Assembly: GCA_963816355.1 (NCBI GenBank)
Contig: CAWFKH010000003.1
Span: 1-64,000, forward strand
Direction of reading: 5' to 3'
Source: an uncultured Gemmatimonadales bacterium
GTDB lineage: Bacteria; Gemmatimonadota; Gemmatimonadetes; Longimicrobiales; RSA9
DNA length: 64,000 nt
This document shows positions 20,821 to 32,220 of this stretch, piece after piece. The notes below the pieces were generated by a model. The model was not told the origin of the DNA and searched no databases. It saw nothing but the letters and a program-made list of their open reading frames with translations. The translations under genes were made by a program, and so were the position numbers. Numbering within the stretch: the first letter of the stretch is position 1; each line of letters begins with the position of its first letter.

Positions 20821-22220
20821 CGCGGCGCCCCCGTCGTGGAGCGACGTCGCCGCTCCTGCTCCCTGCGCTCCTCCTGCCGCATGTCGCGGCGCGTCTCCTT
20901 CGTCTCTGCGATCGCCACGGCGGGCACGAACTTCAGGAACAGCAGGAAGTTGAAGGTGAAGAAGGCGAGCGTGCCGAGCAGGATCCCCCAGTCGACCCAC
21001 GTCGGCTTGTAGATGGCCCAGCTCGAGGGGAGGAAGTCCTGAGAGAGCGACGTCACGATGATGACGAAACGCTCGATCCACATGCCGACGAAGATCGCGC
21101 TCGCGCCGAGGAAGAGGACGACGGGGCTCGTGCGCAGCTTGCGGAACCAGAAGAGCTGCGGCACCCCCACATTGAGGACGAGCATCGCCCAGTAGAGCGC
21201 GGCGTACCAGCCGAAGGGCCGGAAGTGGAGGGCCATGAAGCGCTCGAAGTCGATGCCGCTGTACCAGGCGAGGAAGGTCTCGACGGCGTACGCGTAGGCC
21301 ATGAGCTGCCCCATGACGAGCAGCATCTTCGCGTTGACGTCGAGGTGCCGCTTCGTGATCACGCCCTCCATGCCGAAGATCCAGCGGATCGGGATGATCA
21401 GCATGAGCACCATCGCGAAGCCGGAGTAGATGGCGCCGACGACGAAGTAGGGCGGGAAGATCGTCGAGTGCCAGCCGGGCAGGTTGGCGATCGCGAAGTC
21501 CATGCTGACGACGCTGTGGACGGAGATGACGAGCGGCGTCGCGAGGCCCGCGAGCAGGCCGTACGCGATGCGGTAGCGGTTCCAGTCGTGGGCGGAGCCG
21601 CGCCAGCCGAGGGCGAGGATGCCGTAGACGCGCGCGAGCCGGCGCGTGGGCGCGCGATCGCGGGCGGAGGCAAAGTCCGGCACGGCGCCCATGTACCAGA
21701 AGAGGAGCGAGATGGTGAAGTAAGTGAAGACGGCGGCGGCGTCCCACGGCAGCGAGCTGCGGAACTGCGGCCACACGCCCATGCGCTCCGGATAGGGGAT
21801 CAGCCAGTAGAAGAACCACGGCCGTCCGAGGTGGAGCAGCGGGAAGAGGCCCGCGTTGAGCACCGCGAAGAGGGTCATCGCCTCCGCGATGCGGTTGATC
21901 GAGCTGCGCCACCCCTGTTCGAGCAGCAGCAGGAACGCGGAGATGAAGGTGCCCGCATGGCCGAGGCCGATCCACCAGACGAAGTTGATGATCGCGAACG
22001 CCCACGCCACCGGGATGTTGTTGCCCCACACGCCGATGCCGCTCACCACCGTGTAGGTGATGCAGACGAGCATGAAGAGCGTGCCGGCGCCGGAGAGCAG
22101 GAAGCCCCACAGCCACACCCGGTTGCGCGACCAGATCGGCGCGAGCAAGTGGTCCGTCAGCTCGAGGTCCGTCGCCTGCGTCTCGACGACGGCCGCCTGT
22201 CCCGCGAAGCGGCTCCTCAT
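20817..22220 (-). CDS. actC: Alternative complex III subunit ActC (NrfD family)
   Basis: [43 protein letters not shown]. Confidence 0.93.
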   Translation of the reverse strand: MRSRFAGQAAVVETQATDLELTDHLLAPIWSRNRVWLWGFLLSGAGTLFMLVCITYTVVSGIGVWGNNIPVAWAFAIINFVWWIGLGHAGTFISAFLLLLEQGWRSSINRIAEAMTLFAVLNAGLFPLLHLGRPWFFYWLIPYPERMGVWPQFRSSLPWDAAAVFTYFTISLLFWYMGAVPDFASARDRAPTRRLARVYGILALGWRGSAHDWNRYRIAYGLLAGLATPLVISVHSVVSMDFAIANLPGWHSTIFPPYFVVGAIYSGFAMVLMLIIPIRWIFGMEGVITKRHLDVNAKMLLVMGQLMAYAYAVETFLAWYSGIDFERFMALHFRPFGWYAALYWAMLVLNVGVPQLFWFRKLRTSPVVLFLGASAIFVGMWIERFVIIVTSLSQDFLPSSWAIYKPTWVDWGILLGTLAFFTFNFLLFLKFVPAVAIAETKETRRDMRQEERREQERRRRSTTGAPR

Positions 22221-25200
22221 GCGCCGGCCGCCCTTTCGGGCGACGTCGCGCTCGCGCGCTCACCGGCCGCCTGCTCGCGCCGCGCGAGCGTCGGGTTCGG
22301 GTTGCCGATGCGGGCCAGGTACTGCGTGCGCGGCATGACGCCCAGCTCGTGGAGCACCTCGTAGCGACGCTCCTGCTCGCGCGTCTTCGCGACCTCACTG
22401 TCCGGATCGACGAGGTTGCCGAAGACGATGGCGCGCGTCGGGCACGCCTGCTGGCACGCTGTCACCACCTCGCCGTCCTCCAGGAAGCGACCCTCTTCGC
22501 GGGCGCGGATCTGGGCGCGCCGGATCCGCTGCACGCAGTACGTGCACTTCTCCATGACGCCGCGCTCGCGCACCGTGACGTCCGGATTGAGCACGAGCAG
22601 CTCCGTGCCGCGGCGCGGTGCGTTGAAGTCGAACCAGTTGAAGCGGCGCACCTTGTAGGGGCAGTTGTTGGAGCAGAAGCGCGTGCCGACGCAGCGGTTG
22701 TAGATCATCTCGTTGAGGCCGTCGTCGCTGTGCACCGTCGCGTTGACCGGGCAGACGTACTCACACGGTGCGTGCTCGCACTGCTGGCACAGCATCGGCT
22801 GGTGGACGACGTGCGGCTCCTCCGGCGTGCCGGTCATGTAGCGGTCGATGCGCAGCCAGTGCATCTCGCGCCCGTTCTGCACGCCGTCCGGGCCGACGAT
22901 CGGGATGTTGTTCTCCGCCTGACACGCGACGACGCAGGCGCTGCAGCCGGTGCAGATCGACAGATCGATCGTCATCCCCCACTGGTAGTCGGACGTCAGG
23001 CGCGGGCCCGGGTACAGCGACGGCACCTCGCCGCGATGCTCGGCCGTGAAAGCCGGGTCGGCGCGGTAGTCGCCGATCGAGCGCTCCAGCACGATGTCGC
23101 GGCCCTCCATCGACCAGTGCGTCTGCGTCGAGATCAGCGGCTGCCGGCGCGGCGTGCCGTCCGGCGCGAGGACCCGCTCGAGCGTCGCGCCGGTGGCGAC
23201 CGAAAGCGCGTCGGCGGGGCGGAGCGCGTAGACGTCCGCGCCCACGCCGTCGCCGGTCGCCCCCTTCACGCGGCGGCCGTAGCCGAGGTGCAGGACGAGC
23301 GTCTCGTCCGCCTGGCCGGGAACCGGAAACGCCGGCAGCTCGACGGAGCGCCCGCGCAGCGTGACGCGGACGACGTCGTTCTGCGACAGGCCGCGGCGCG
23401 CCATCGAAGCCGGGCTGAGCAGCGCCGCGTTGCCCCACGTCAGCTTCGTCGTCGGGTCCGGCAGCTCGAGCAGCCAGCCGTTGTTGGCGAAGCGGCCGTC
23501 GTAGACGCTCGGGTCCGCGCGGAACGCGACCTCGAGCGTCGAGGCGCGGCCGGCGTCCACCGCCGCGCGTCGCGGCGGCGGTGGCAGCGAGGCGGCCGCG
23601 GCCGGCGTCACGCGGGGCGCGGCGGTGCCGGCGACGAGGCCGTCGTGCAGCGTGCGCTCCCAGAAAGCGTCGAACGCCCCGTCGTAGGCGGGCGCGGCGG
23701 GCGCGATGTCCGTGCGCCAGAACGCCTGCAGCAGGTCGTGGAGCGCGGCGCCCGTGCGGCCCGCGAAGACGGCGAGCAGCTCGTCCGGCGTGCGGCCGTT
23801 GTTGAGCGGCGCGATGAGCGGCTGCACGAGGGAGAGCGTGCCGTCGTGGGCGGCGGCGTCGCCCCAGCTCTCGAGGTAGTGCGCGGAGGGGATGAACCAG
23901 TCGGCCGCGGCGGCGGTCTCGTCGTCGTAAGGTCCGAGGTAGAGGACCGTCTCCACGCGCTCGAGCAGGGTCCCGAAGGCGAGCTCGCCGGGCGCGGTGT
24001 AGGCGGGGTTCGCTTCGAGCACGACGAGCGTGTCGACGGCGCCGGCGCGCAGCTCGGCGGCGAGCTCCCGCAGGTCGTGCGCGGCCGTACCCGCATCGAG
24101 CACCGCCGGTTCGGTGTGCCACGTCGTCTCGCCGGCGGCGCCGAGGCGCTCGTTGATGCGGTGCGCCAGCGCGTGCGCGATCGCGGGCTGGTCGTCGCCG
24201 GCGAGGACGAGGGCGGCGGGCGCGGCGGCGCGCAGGTCGGCGGCGGCGGCGTCGATCCACGCGTCCGCTCGCTCGCTCAGGCGCGGCACGGCGAGCCCGT
24301 CGGTGCCCACGCGGAGGCGGGCCGCGAGGGTGAGGAGCAGCGGCCACACCTCGGCGGCGCGCACGCGCAGGCGGTGGTCGGCCAGCGAGCCGGTGGGCGT
24401 CGGGTACGGCTCGGCGACGTAGAGCCGGTTGAGGTCGTCGCCCGGCTTCTCGATCCGCCGCGAGGCCGCGAAATCGCGGGCGTGGCGGTGGTGGAACGCG
24501 CCGCGGGCGAGGAAGTCGGCGTCGAAGGCGGCGACGACGGCGGCGCGGCGGAAGTCGTAGTGCGTCGCGAGCGGTTTTCCGAACGCCGCGCGCGTCGCGT
24601 CGAACCCCGCGTGGGCGGGCACGGGCGAGTGGAAGTGGAAACGGGCGAGGGGGTAGCGCTCGCGGACGAGGTCGACGAGGCGCTTGCGGAACGGGGACGC
24701 CGTGGGCCGCATCAGGAAGCGGAGTCGCTCGCCGCGATCGGTGCGGCCGGCGGAAGGGCCGACCGCGTTCGGGTCGAAGGCGGCCACGACCGAGCGCCAG
24801 TCGCGCGCCGCCGCACCTCGCCGGATCCCCTGTGCGCGCGCCGGATCGTAGAGGCCGAGCAGCGACGCCTGCTCGTAGACGCCTGCCGCGCCGAGGCTCG
24901 CCGGGTGGGCGGGGTTCCCCTCGATCTTGATCGGCCGGCCCTCGCGCGCCTGCACCAGCAGGCCGACGCCGTAGCCGTCGAGCGCCATCGTCGTCGCGTA
25001 GCTCAGCGGCACGCCCGGCACCATCTCCGGCGGGCGCACCGCGTACGGCACGATGCGGTGCTCCGGCATCTCGACGCAGCCGGAGACGCCCGCGAGCGCC
25101 ATGCTCGCACCCAGCAACTGCATGAACCGGCGCCGGCTCATCCCATCCGGCGCGTGGTCCGCGCCAGCGGGGAACTCCGGCCTCGCCGCCTCGTGGAACG

Positions 25201-25255
25201 CCGCGCCTCCGAGCCGCTCCTCCAGACTCCGCCAGTACGCCGCGTCCCTGCGCAT
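22217..25255 (-). CDS. actB: Alternative complex III subunit ActB (molybdopterin-oxidoreductase-like plus Fe-S domain)
   Basis: YWRSLEE, Tat [51 protein letters not shown]; start ATG 25255 or GTG 25258. Confidence 0.93.
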   Translation of the reverse strand: MRRDAAYWRSLEERLGGAAFHEAARPEFPAGADHAPDGMSRRRFMQLLGASMALAGVSGCVEMPEHRIVPYAVRPPEMVPGVPLSYATTMALDGYGVGLLVQAREGRPIKIEGNPAHPASLGAAGVYEQASLLGLYDPARAQGIRRGAAARDWRSVVAAFDPNAVGPSAGRTDRGERLRFLMRPTASPFRKRLVDLVRERYPLARFHFHSPVPAHAGFDATRAAFGKPLATHYDFRRAAVVAAFDADFLARGAFHHRHARDFAASRRIEKPGDDLNRLYVAEPYPTPTGSLADHRLRVRAAEVWPLLLTLAARLRVGTDGLAVPRLSERADAWIDAAAADLRAAAPAALVLAGDDQPAIAHALAHRINERLGAAGETTWHTEPAVLDAGTAAHDLRELAAELRAGAVDTLVVLEANPAYTAPGELAFGTLLERVETVLYLGPYDDETAAAADWFIPSAHYLESWGDAAAHDGTLSLVQPLIAPLNNGRTPDELLAVFAGRTGAALHDLLQAFWRTDIAPAAPAYDGAFDAFWERTLHDGLVAGTAAPRVTPAAAASLPPPPRRAAVDAGRASTLEVAFRADPSVYDGRFANNGWLLELPDPTTKLTWGNAALLSPASMARRGLSQNDVVRVTLRGRSVELPAFPVPGQADETLVLHLGYGRRVKGATGDGVGADVYALRPADALSVATGATLERVLAPDGTPRRQPLISTQTHWSMEGRDIVLERSIGDYRADPAFTAEHRGEVPSLYPGPRLTSDYQWGMTIDLSICTGCSACVVACQAENNIPIVGPDGVQNGREMHWLRIDRYMTGTPEEPHVVHQPMLCQQCEHAPCEYVCPVNATVHSDDGLNEMIYNRCVGTRFCSNNCPYKVRRFNWFDFNAPRRGTELLVLNPDVTVRERGVMEKCTYCVQRIRRAQIRAREEGRFLEDGEVVTACQQACPTRAIVFGNLVDPDSEVAKTREQERRYEVLHELGVMPRTQYLARIGNPNPTLARREQAAGERASATSPERAAGA

Positions 25256-25274
25256 CACGTCCGCTCCCTCCCCA

Positions 25275-25928
25275 TCAACGGTGGCACGTCGTGCAGTAGG
25301 TGCCCGGATGCACGTCGTATCGCTTCACGAGCGCGCGCCCCAGGCTGTCGCGCGCCGTCGGGGGCGGCTTCCATCCCATGACCGTGATCGCGTCGAGGGG
25401 CCTCAGCCGCTCCGCGGGGCTACGGTGGCAGTCGAGGCACCATTTCATCGTCAGCGGCGCCGCCTGTGCCACGCGCGCCATGCGGTCCACGCGCCCGTGG
25501 CACTCCTCGCAGCCGACCCCCTTGTGGACGTGGATCGAGTGATCGAAATAGACGAAATCGGGCAGCTTGTTGACCCGCTCCCAGACGATCGGGCGATCCT
25601 CGAACCAGCTCTCCCGCACCGTCTCCAGCAGCGGGCTCTGATTCCAGATCTGGTTGTGGCAGTTCATGCAGATGTCAGTGGAGGGTACACCGGCGTAAGG
25701 CGACTTCTCGACCAGCGTGTGGCAGTAGCGGCAGTCGATGCCGTCGTCGACGACGTGGTGGCGGTGGTCGAACGGCACCGGCTGCTCCGGCGCCTGGAAC
25801 TGCCCCGTCGCGAACGGGCTGCGGACCCAGCCCATCAGAAGGACCGGCGCTCCGATCACGGCCAGCACCGCGACCGTGATCCCCCACCGCACCGCGGCAT
25901 TCGTCCATTCCGGGTAATCAGGCCGCAT
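25275..25928 (-). CDS. actA: Alternative complex III pentaheme cytochrome c ActA
   Basis: N-terminal TM; five CxxCH motifs (CRYCH, CMNCH, CEECH, CLDCH, CTTCH). Confidence 0.93.
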   Translation of the reverse strand: MRPDYPEWTNAAVRWGITVAVLAVIGAPVLLMGWVRSPFATGQFQAPEQPVPFDHRHHVVDDGIDCRYCHTLVEKSPYAGVPSTDICMNCHNQIWNQSPLLETVRESWFEDRPIVWERVNKLPDFVYFDHSIHVHKGVGCEECHGRVDRMARVAQAAPLTMKWCLDCHRSPAERLRPLDAITVMGWKPPPTARDSLGRALVKRYDVHPGTYCTTCHR

Positions 25929-26028
25929 TCTCGGCTTTCGGTTCACGACTCGGAGCGGCACTCCGTGGACGGCGCTCGGCCAACGCAAAAAGCATGCAGC
26001 GCGTGGGCTCCGCCTGGCGGGGAGGGTG

Positions 26029-26055
26029 CGCCTGCGGCGGGGAAGCTCGCCTGGG
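26029..26055. repeat. Single REP-like unit
   Basis: CGCCTGCGGCGGGGAAGCTCGC, identical to 28022-28043. Confidence 0.7.
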
Positions 26056-26082
26056 CGCGGGGGCGCGGGCGGCGGTGGCTCG

Positions 26083-27894
26083 CTATCCGGCGTGCCCCTC
26101 GCGCGCCAGGTGAGACGGCGTCGCCGCGACGTGGCGTTCGTAGAGCGCGAGGATGTGGGCGCGTCCGACCACGCCGAGCAGGCGGCCGGAGGAAGGATCG
26201 ACGACGGCGAGCGTCGCGGCGCCGCGCAGCCCCATCTTGCGGACGGCGTCGAGCAGGGTGGCGTCCGGGCCGACGCTCTCGATCGGGACGACGAGGTCGG
26301 CGGCGACGACGACACTGGCGAGCTCGCGGTGGTCCTTGGCGATGCGGCCGAGGTCGGCGATCGAGATGGAGCCGACGAGGCGGAGCGTGTCGTCGACGAC
26401 CGGGTAGTCGGTCTGCTCGCCGCGGCCGAGGTGCTCGAGGAGCTGGGCGACGGAGGCGGTCTCGCCGATCACCTGCGGGTTCGGCTCGAGGGCGTCGCGG
26501 ACGAGGAGGTTGGCGAGGATGTTCTCGTCGGTGCCGTGGACGACCTTCTCGCCGCGGCGGCGGAGCCAGCCGCTGTAGAGGGAGTCGGGCTCCCAGTGGC
26601 GGCGGACGAGGTAGGCGATGACGGTCGCGAGCATGAGCGGCAGGATGATCGCGTAGTCTTTCGTGATCTCGAAGACGATCAGGATACCGGTGATCGGCGC
26701 GTCGGTCGCGGCGGCGACCATGGCGCCCATGCCGACGAGGGCGTACGGCTCGGGGCTGAGGCCAATGGCGGGGAAGAGGCGCTGGAGGGCGAGGCCGAAG
26801 GCGCCGCCGGTCGCCGCGCCGACGTAGAGGGAAGGGGTGAAGACGCCGCCGGAGCCGCCGGTGTTCAGGGTGAGCGACGTCGCCACGATCTTGCCGAGCG
26901 CGAGGAGCGCGAGGGCCCACCAGGCGAGGCGACTGAACAGGCCGATCCGAAAGGCGAGGTGGCCGTAGCCGACGAGGATGCCGCCGGAGGCGACGACGAG
27001 CGCGCCGACGAGGGCGCCGCCGATCCACGGCAGCGCGGCGGGGGGCACGCGCAGGCGGCGCGCGAGCGTCTCCGTGGCGAAGTAGGTTCGCACGAAGAGC
27101 ATCGCGGTCAGGCCGGCGATCAGGCCGAGCAGCGGATAGAAGAGCAGCACCTCGCGGGGCAGCGTGACGCCGTACTCGACCGGCACCGCGAAGGCCGGGT
27201 GGTCGCCGAAGAACGCGTGCGAGATGATCGCCGCGACGACGCTGCTCACGACGACGGGGGGGAAGGCCGCGACGCCGAAGTTGCCGAGGATCTCTTCGAG
27301 GGCGAAGAAGGCGCCGGTGAGCGGCGCGTTGAAGGCGGCCGATATCCCCGCCGCCGCGCCGGCGCCGACCAGCACCTTCACGCGGGCGGGGCTGAAGCGG
27401 AAGACGCCACCGAGCCAGGAGCCGAGCGCGGCGCCCATGACGGCGACCGGCCCCTCGCTGCCGGCCGAGCCGCCACCGCCGAGGGTGAGGGCGCTCGCGG
27501 CGGTTCGCGCCAGCGCCGGCCGCAGCGGGATGTCGCCGCCGCGGCGTGCCACCGCGACCTGCACGTCCGGCACGTTCAGCCCTTCGTGACCGCGCCCCAG
27601 GCGACGCATCATCCACCACGCCGCCGCGAAGCCGAGCGCCGTGAGCAGCGGCCGATAGCCGAGCTGGTGCAGCCGCGACAGCCGCGGGATCGGACCCTCG
27701 TAGAGCAGCGCGTGCGCCAGGTCGATCAGGCGATAGAAGCCGACGACGCCGAGCGCCGTGATCGCGCCGATGAAGACCGCGAACGCGAAGAGGATCGCGT
27801 TCTCGCTCAGGCCCGCCCGCTCGAACCTGGCGAGGAGGCGCTGCCAGGGCGCGGCGTGGCGGGGCGGCCGCTGTGTCGGGGCGTCGGTGGTCAC
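26083..27894 (-). CDS. ClC family chloride channel/antiporter with CBS pair
   Basis: GSEGP, FNAPLTG, LEEI, GGVFTP, C-terminal CBS domains; GTG start inferred. Confidence 0.9.
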   Translation of the reverse strand: MTTDAPTQRPPRHAAPWQRLLARFERAGLSENAILFAFAVFIGAITALGVVGFYRLIDLAHALLYEGPIPRLSRLHQLGYRPLLTALGFAAAWWMMRRLGRGHEGLNVPDVQVAVARRGGDIPLRPALARTAASALTLGGGGSAGSEGPVAVMGAALGSWLGGVFRFSPARVKVLVGAGAAAGISAAFNAPLTGAFFALEEILGNFGVAAFPPVVVSSVVAAIISHAFFGDHPAFAVPVEYGVTLPREVLLFYPLLGLIAGLTAMLFVRTYFATETLARRLRVPPAALPWIGGALVGALVVASGGILVGYGHLAFRIGLFSRLAWWALALLALGKIVATSLTLNTGGSGGVFTPSLYVGAATGGAFGLALQRLFPAIGLSPEPYALVGMGAMVAAATDAPITGILIVFEITKDYAIILPLMLATVIAYLVRRHWEPDSLYSGWLRRRGEKVVHGTDENILANLLVRDALEPNPQVIGETASVAQLLEHLGRGEQTDYPVVDDTLRLVGSISIADLGRIAKDHRELASVVVAADLVVPIESVGPDATLLDAVRKMGLRGAATLAVVDPSSGRLLGVVGRAHILALYERHVAATPSHLAREGHAG

Positions 27895-27924
27895 GGGCGC
27901 GGAAGGTAGGGCGGGCGCTCGCCT

Positions 27925-28186
27925 TCGGCGAGGGAAGCTCGCCTGGCGGCGAGGGAAGCTCGCGCTGCGCGCGAGGGAAGCTCGCCTGGCGGCGAGGGAA
28001 GCTCGCCTGGTGGCGAGGGGCCGCCTGCGGCGGGGAAGCTCGCGCTGCGCGCGAGGGGGGCTCGCGCCTGCGGCGGCGAGGGGGCCGCCTGCGGCGGGGA
28101 AGCTCGCGCTGCGCGCGAGGGGGGTCGCGCCTGCGGCGGCGAGGGGGCCGCCTGCGGCGGGGAAGCTCGCGCTGCGCGCGAGGGAA
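27925..28186. repeat. REP-like palindromic repeat cluster
   Basis: Multiple GCGAGGGAAGCTCGC/GCGGGGAAGCTCGC units; higher-order unit at 28021, 28085, 28148. Confidence 0.88.
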
Positions 28187-28407
28187 CAGCTATGAGGTTC
28201 GGGCGGGACGAACATGCGCGGGGGCAACCAGCGGCCGGGATACGAGCGGGCTCGACCGAGCGGCGGGGGGCGAGCAGATTGGTGTATGTCACTGAAGCGT
28301 CCGCTGTGGGGGGGTGGTGTCGCAACCCGGCTTCGCTGCACGGAGCTTCGGTGAACGGTGGATGACGTACGGTGCAGCGGAATCGGTGCAGCGGAATGGA
28401 GGAGGGG

Positions 28408-29076
28408 ATGTCGGCAGACGCGGGGGAGCGACTCGAGCCGGTCGAGCTGCCGGCGGGCGACTCGGCGATCGCGGGCGATCTCGGCGTGCCGGGCGGGGCG
28501 CGCGGCGTCGTCCTCTTCGCGCACGGCAGCGGCAGCAGCCGCTTCAGCCGCAGGAACCGGGCGGTGGCGGCATCGCTGCGAGAGCGCGGGCTGGCGACGT
28601 TGCTCATCGACCTCCTCACGCACGACGAGGAGGAGGTCGACCTGCGCACGCGGCACCTGCGCTTCGACATCGCATTCCTGGCGACGCGGCTGTGGGAGGC
28701 GACGGAGTGGCTGCGCTCGAACGTGCGCACGCGGGATATGCGCGTCGGCTACTTCGGCGCGAGCACCGGGGGCGGTGCGGCGCTGAGAGCCGCCGCCGAG
28801 CACCCGGATGCGGTCGCGGCCGTCGTCTCGCGCGGCGGGCGGGTGGACCTCGCCGGAGAAGCAGCGCTCGACCGGGTGCGCGCCCCCACGCTGCTGATCG
28901 TGGGCGGCCTGGACACCGTCGTCCTCGACCTGAACCGTCAGGCCCTGCAACGGATCCCCGCCGAAAAACGCCTGGAGATCGTCCCCGGCGCCAGCCACCT
29001 CTTCGAGGAGCCGGGGAAACTGGAAGAAGTCGCCCGCCTCGCCGGCGACTGGTTCACCCGCCACCTCTCTCCCTAG
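28408..29076 (+). CDS. Dienelactone hydrolase-like alpha/beta hydrolase
   Basis: FAHGSGSSRFS, GASTG, SRGGR.DLA, HLFEE; GGAGG RBS. Confidence 0.88.
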   Translation: MSADAGERLEPVELPAGDSAIAGDLGVPGGARGVVLFAHGSGSSRFSRRNRAVAASLRERGLATLLIDLLTHDEEEVDLRTRHLRFDIAFLATRLWEATEWLRSNVRTRDMRVGYFGASTGGGAALRAAAEHPDAVAAVVSRGGRVDLAGEAALDRVRAPTLLIVGGLDTVVLDLNRQALQRIPAEKRLEIVPGASHLFEEPGKLEEVARLAGDWFTRHLSP

Positions 29077-29079
29077 CCC

Positions 29080-29341
29080 GTCCCTCGCGCGCAGCGCGAG
29101 CCGCCCCAGCGCAGCCGGCTTCCCTCGCGCGCCAGCGCGAGCCCCCGGCGCAGCCGGCTTCCCTCGCGCGCCAGCGCGAGCCCCCGGCGCAGCCGGCTTC
29201 CCTCGCGCGCCAGCGCGAGCCCCCGGCGCAGCCGGCTTCCCTCGCGCGCCAGCGCGAGCCCCCGGCGCAGCCGGCTTCCCTCGCCAAAGGCGAGCTTCCC
29301 TCGCGCGCCAGCGCGAGCTTCCCTCGCGAAGCGAGCTTCCC
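29080..29341. repeat. 39-bp tandem repeat (4 full copies plus a partial) inside a REP-like cluster
   Basis: GCGCAGCCGGCTTCCCTCGCGCGCCAGCGCGAGCCCCCG at 29109, 29148, 29187, 29226, partial at 29265; then GCGAGCTTCCCTCGC units. Confidence 0.92.
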
Positions 29342-29353
29342 GTGAGCGTCAGC

Positions 29354-31072
29354 TCACGTGAACAGCGGTGGCCTCTTCGTCTGGAAGCCCGTCGCGTCCT
29401 GATAGGCCTTCGCCACGAGGATCGCGTCCGCCTCGCGCCAGAGCTGGCCGACGAAGGAGAGGCTGACGGGCGTGCCGTCGTCGCGGAAGCCGTTCGGCAC
29501 GACGACCGTCGGATGGCCGGTCAGGTTCGTGCGCACCAGGACGTCGCCGCCGAAGGAGGGCGTGACGAGCACGTCGATGCCGGCGAGCGCCGCGCGCGTC
29601 GACTCCATGATCAGGGTGCGAATGCGGTTCGCCTGGATGTACTCGACGGCGGGCACGAAGCGCGCCTCGCGGAACGTCTCGGGCCACGAGCTGCGCTCCT
29701 CCATCAACGCGTCGCGGCCGCTGCGCGTGAGGTCGTCGAAGGCGGCGGCGGCTTCCATCGAGAGGATGTTGGCGCGCACCGCCTGCACCGGGTATTCGTC
29801 CTCCGGCAGCGATATGGGGGAGAGGTCGAAGCCGAGCTTGCGCAGCGCGGCGAGGGCCGCGTCGTCGAATGCCTTCGTCGGGTGGTCGGCGTCGAAGGCG
29901 GACTTGAGGTAGCCGACGCGCAGCCGTTTCGGATCGCGCGTGGCGTCCCAGTCGAAGGCAATGTCGTGCACCGTGAGGTCGCGGTCGTCGGGCCCGTAGA
30001 TCGCGTCGAGGACGAGGGCGCAATCCTCCGCGGCGCGGCAGATGGGGCCGAGCTTGTCCATCGTCCAGGAGAGCGCCATCGCGCCGTAGCGGCTGACGCG
30101 GCCGAACGTGGGCCGCAGCCCGGTTGCGCCGCAGCGGGTGGAAGGCGAGACGATCGAACCGAGCGTCTCGCTGCCGATGCTGAAGCCGACGAGGCCGGCG
30201 ACCGTGGCAGCGGCGGGCCCGGCCGAAGATCCGCTCGAGCCCTGCTCGAGGTTCCACGGATTGCGCGTCTTGCCGCCGAACCAGACGTCGCCCTGGGCGA
30301 GCGCGCCGAGCGTGAGCTTGGCGACGAGGACGGCGCCGGCGGCGTCGAGCCGCTCGACCACCGTGGCGTCCATGTCGATCACCTGCTTCACGTACGGCTC
30401 GGCGCCCCAGGTCGTCGGGTAGCCGCGCACGGCGAGCAGGTCCTTGGCTCCCCACGGGATGCCGTGCAGCGGCCCGAGGTAGGTGCCGGCGGCGAGCTTC
30501 TCGTCCGCGCCGCGGGCGTGCTCCAGCGCGCGCTCCTCGGTGAGCGTGATCACCGCCTCGAGCTTCGGTCCGTAGCGCTTCAGCCGGTCGAGGTACATGC
30601 GCGTAAGCTCGACCGAGCTCACCTGGCGCGTGCGGATCAGCTCGGCGAGCCGGGTGAGGGGCCAGAACGCGACGTCCTCCAGCCGCGCCGGCCGCTTCAC
30701 GGCCTGCACGCGGCCGGCGCGCGCGCGCCCGCGGACCGCGGAGCCGGCGGCGGCGGGCGGCGGCGTCCCCGGCACAACCGGGTCGAAGAGGATCGCGGGC
30801 GCGACGGCGTTGGGGAGCTGCACGGTACGGAGCTGCTCGTAGGAGCGGGCCTGGCGGTTCAGCCCGCGCACCATCTTCTCCCGCTGCTCCGGGGTGAAGT
30901 CGAGGCCGGTCATGGCGGCGGCATCGGCGATCATCTCCGGCGTCACCTTCGGCTGCTGCTGCATGCGTGCCCACAGCGCGCCGGGGAAGAGCGTCCCGCC
31001 GAGGCCGAGGGCGGAGAAGTAGCCGAGGAAGACGCGGCGGTCGATCGTTGCGGAATCGGTCCTGGCGGCCAT
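29354..31072 (-). CDS. Amidase signature family enzyme with Tat signal
   Basis: IDRRVFL, KD, GSSGSS, GSETLGS; paralogue of 508-2367. Confidence 0.9.
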   Translation of the reverse strand: MAARTDSATIDRRVFLGYFSALGLGGTLFPGALWARMQQQPKVTPEMIADAAAMTGLDFTPEQREKMVRGLNRQARSYEQLRTVQLPNAVAPAILFDPVVPGTPPPAAAGSAVRGRARAGRVQAVKRPARLEDVAFWPLTRLAELIRTRQVSSVELTRMYLDRLKRYGPKLEAVITLTEERALEHARGADEKLAAGTYLGPLHGIPWGAKDLLAVRGYPTTWGAEPYVKQVIDMDATVVERLDAAGAVLVAKLTLGALAQGDVWFGGKTRNPWNLEQGSSGSSAGPAAATVAGLVGFSIGSETLGSIVSPSTRCGATGLRPTFGRVSRYGAMALSWTMDKLGPICRAAEDCALVLDAIYGPDDRDLTVHDIAFDWDATRDPKRLRVGYLKSAFDADHPTKAFDDAALAALRKLGFDLSPISLPEDEYPVQAVRANILSMEAAAAFDDLTRSGRDALMEERSSWPETFREARFVPAVEYIQANRIRTLIMESTRAALAGIDVLVTPSFGGDVLVRTNLTGHPTVVVPNGFRDDGTPVSLSFVGQLWREADAILVAKAYQDATGFQTKRPPLFT

Positions 31073-31075
31073 GCG

Positions 31076-32029
31076 CTACTCCTTGTGCGGGGTGGGCGTG
31101 TGGTCGGCGACGAGGGCGAGCGTGCGGCCGTCCGGCGACACGGCGAGGCGCGTGATGCCTGTGACGCCATCGCGTTGCAGGTCCGCGAGCGGCCGCCAGC
31201 CGGCTTCGCCCGGACGCCAGGCGTAGAGCCTGGAGCCGCTCGCCATGAGCAGGGTGCCGTCCGGCGTCCAGGCGTGGAAGTCGCCGCCCGGCAGCGCCGC
31301 GACGAGGTCGCGCGTGCGACCGGTGGCGAGGTCGAGCTCGGCGACGAACGCGCTGTCGGCCGAGGTCTCGCGCACGAAGGAGACGGCGTAGCGTCCCGGG
31401 ATCTTCTGGATCGAGCGGCCGATCCCGCGCACCACCGTGCGGGCGGCCCCGCCGCGCACGCTCGCCACCCGCAGCGTCGCCGGGTCGCCGAGCACGTAGA
31501 GCGCGAGCGTCGTGTCGTCGGCCCAGGCGTAGTAGCCGACCGGCCTCGGCTCCGGCAGCGCCACGCGCGCATCGCCGCCCGTGCGGTCGAAGCTCCACAG
31601 CCGCTGTGTCGAGTCCGCCTCGACGCGGACGACCGTGATGCGGCGGCCGTCCGGAGTGACCGCCGCGGAGTACTCGCTTTCGGGCGCGGTGCGGATCAGC
31701 GGAGTCGAGTGCGCGGCGGCGATGTCGTAGCGGAAGATGTCGGCCTGCCCGGCCGAGTCGATCGACGTGTAGAGGATCGCGCGCCCGTCCGGCGCGAAGG
31801 CGGGCTGATTGTCGTAGCCGTCGCGGTCCGTCAGGCGGCGCGGTGCGCCGACCCGGAGCGCCGTCCCCGCGCCCGACAGCGGCGCGAGGAAGAGGTCGCT
31901 GGGCGCCTGCGCGCGGAGCGGCCGCGCAGTGAGGAGCGCGGCGGCCGGCACGAGCGCGGCCATCACCGGCACGAGCGCGTGCCAGAGAGGCCGGCGCGCG
32001 GGCGCGCCGCTCTTCGGCGCAGAGGCCAT
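31076..32029 (-). CDS. Secreted TolB-like (PD40) beta-propeller protein
   Basis: Signal peptide; YDNQPAFAPDG, TPDG, SPDG repeats. Confidence 0.8.
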   Translation of the reverse strand: MASAPKSGAPARRPLWHALVPVMAALVPAAALLTARPLRAQAPSDLFLAPLSGAGTALRVGAPRRLTDRDGYDNQPAFAPDGRAILYTSIDSAGQADIFRYDIAAAHSTPLIRTAPESEYSAAVTPDGRRITVVRVEADSTQRLWSFDRTGGDARVALPEPRPVGYYAWADDTTLALYVLGDPATLRVASVRGGAARTVVRGIGRSIQKIPGRYAVSFVRETSADSAFVAELDLATGRTRDLVAALPGGDFHAWTPDGTLLMASGSRLYAWRPGEAGWRPLADLQRDGVTGITRLAVSPDGRTLALVADHTPTPHKE

Positions 32030-32220
32030 CGGTCCTCCTGGAGGGTGGACGTGAAACGCGCCCAACGTATTGGCGCCACGGCGCGCACGCCAGCGCCGGA
32101 GCGCCGGCCGATCCGCGCCATGGTCGCTTGCGGCCGCTTCCCGCCCGCGGCACCTTGTCGCCTTCGCGTTCGCGGCGACGCCACGGCTGCGCCCTCCCCC
32201 CGTAGCAGGGTTCCCGATCG

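Noticed and set aside
22217..25255. Active molybdoenzyme (anaerobic reductase)
   Set aside because: Context and motifs identify ActB, whose molybdopterin-like domain is known to lack the cofactor in ACIII
27895..28400. Fluoride riboswitch upstream of the ClC gene
   Set aside because: I could not find the crcB-motif consensus on the minus strand, and the protein lacks ClC-F motifs
29109..29284. CRISPR array or coding repeat (AQPASLARQREPP)
   Set aside because: Head-to-tail identical units without spacers; intergenic between two convergent stops
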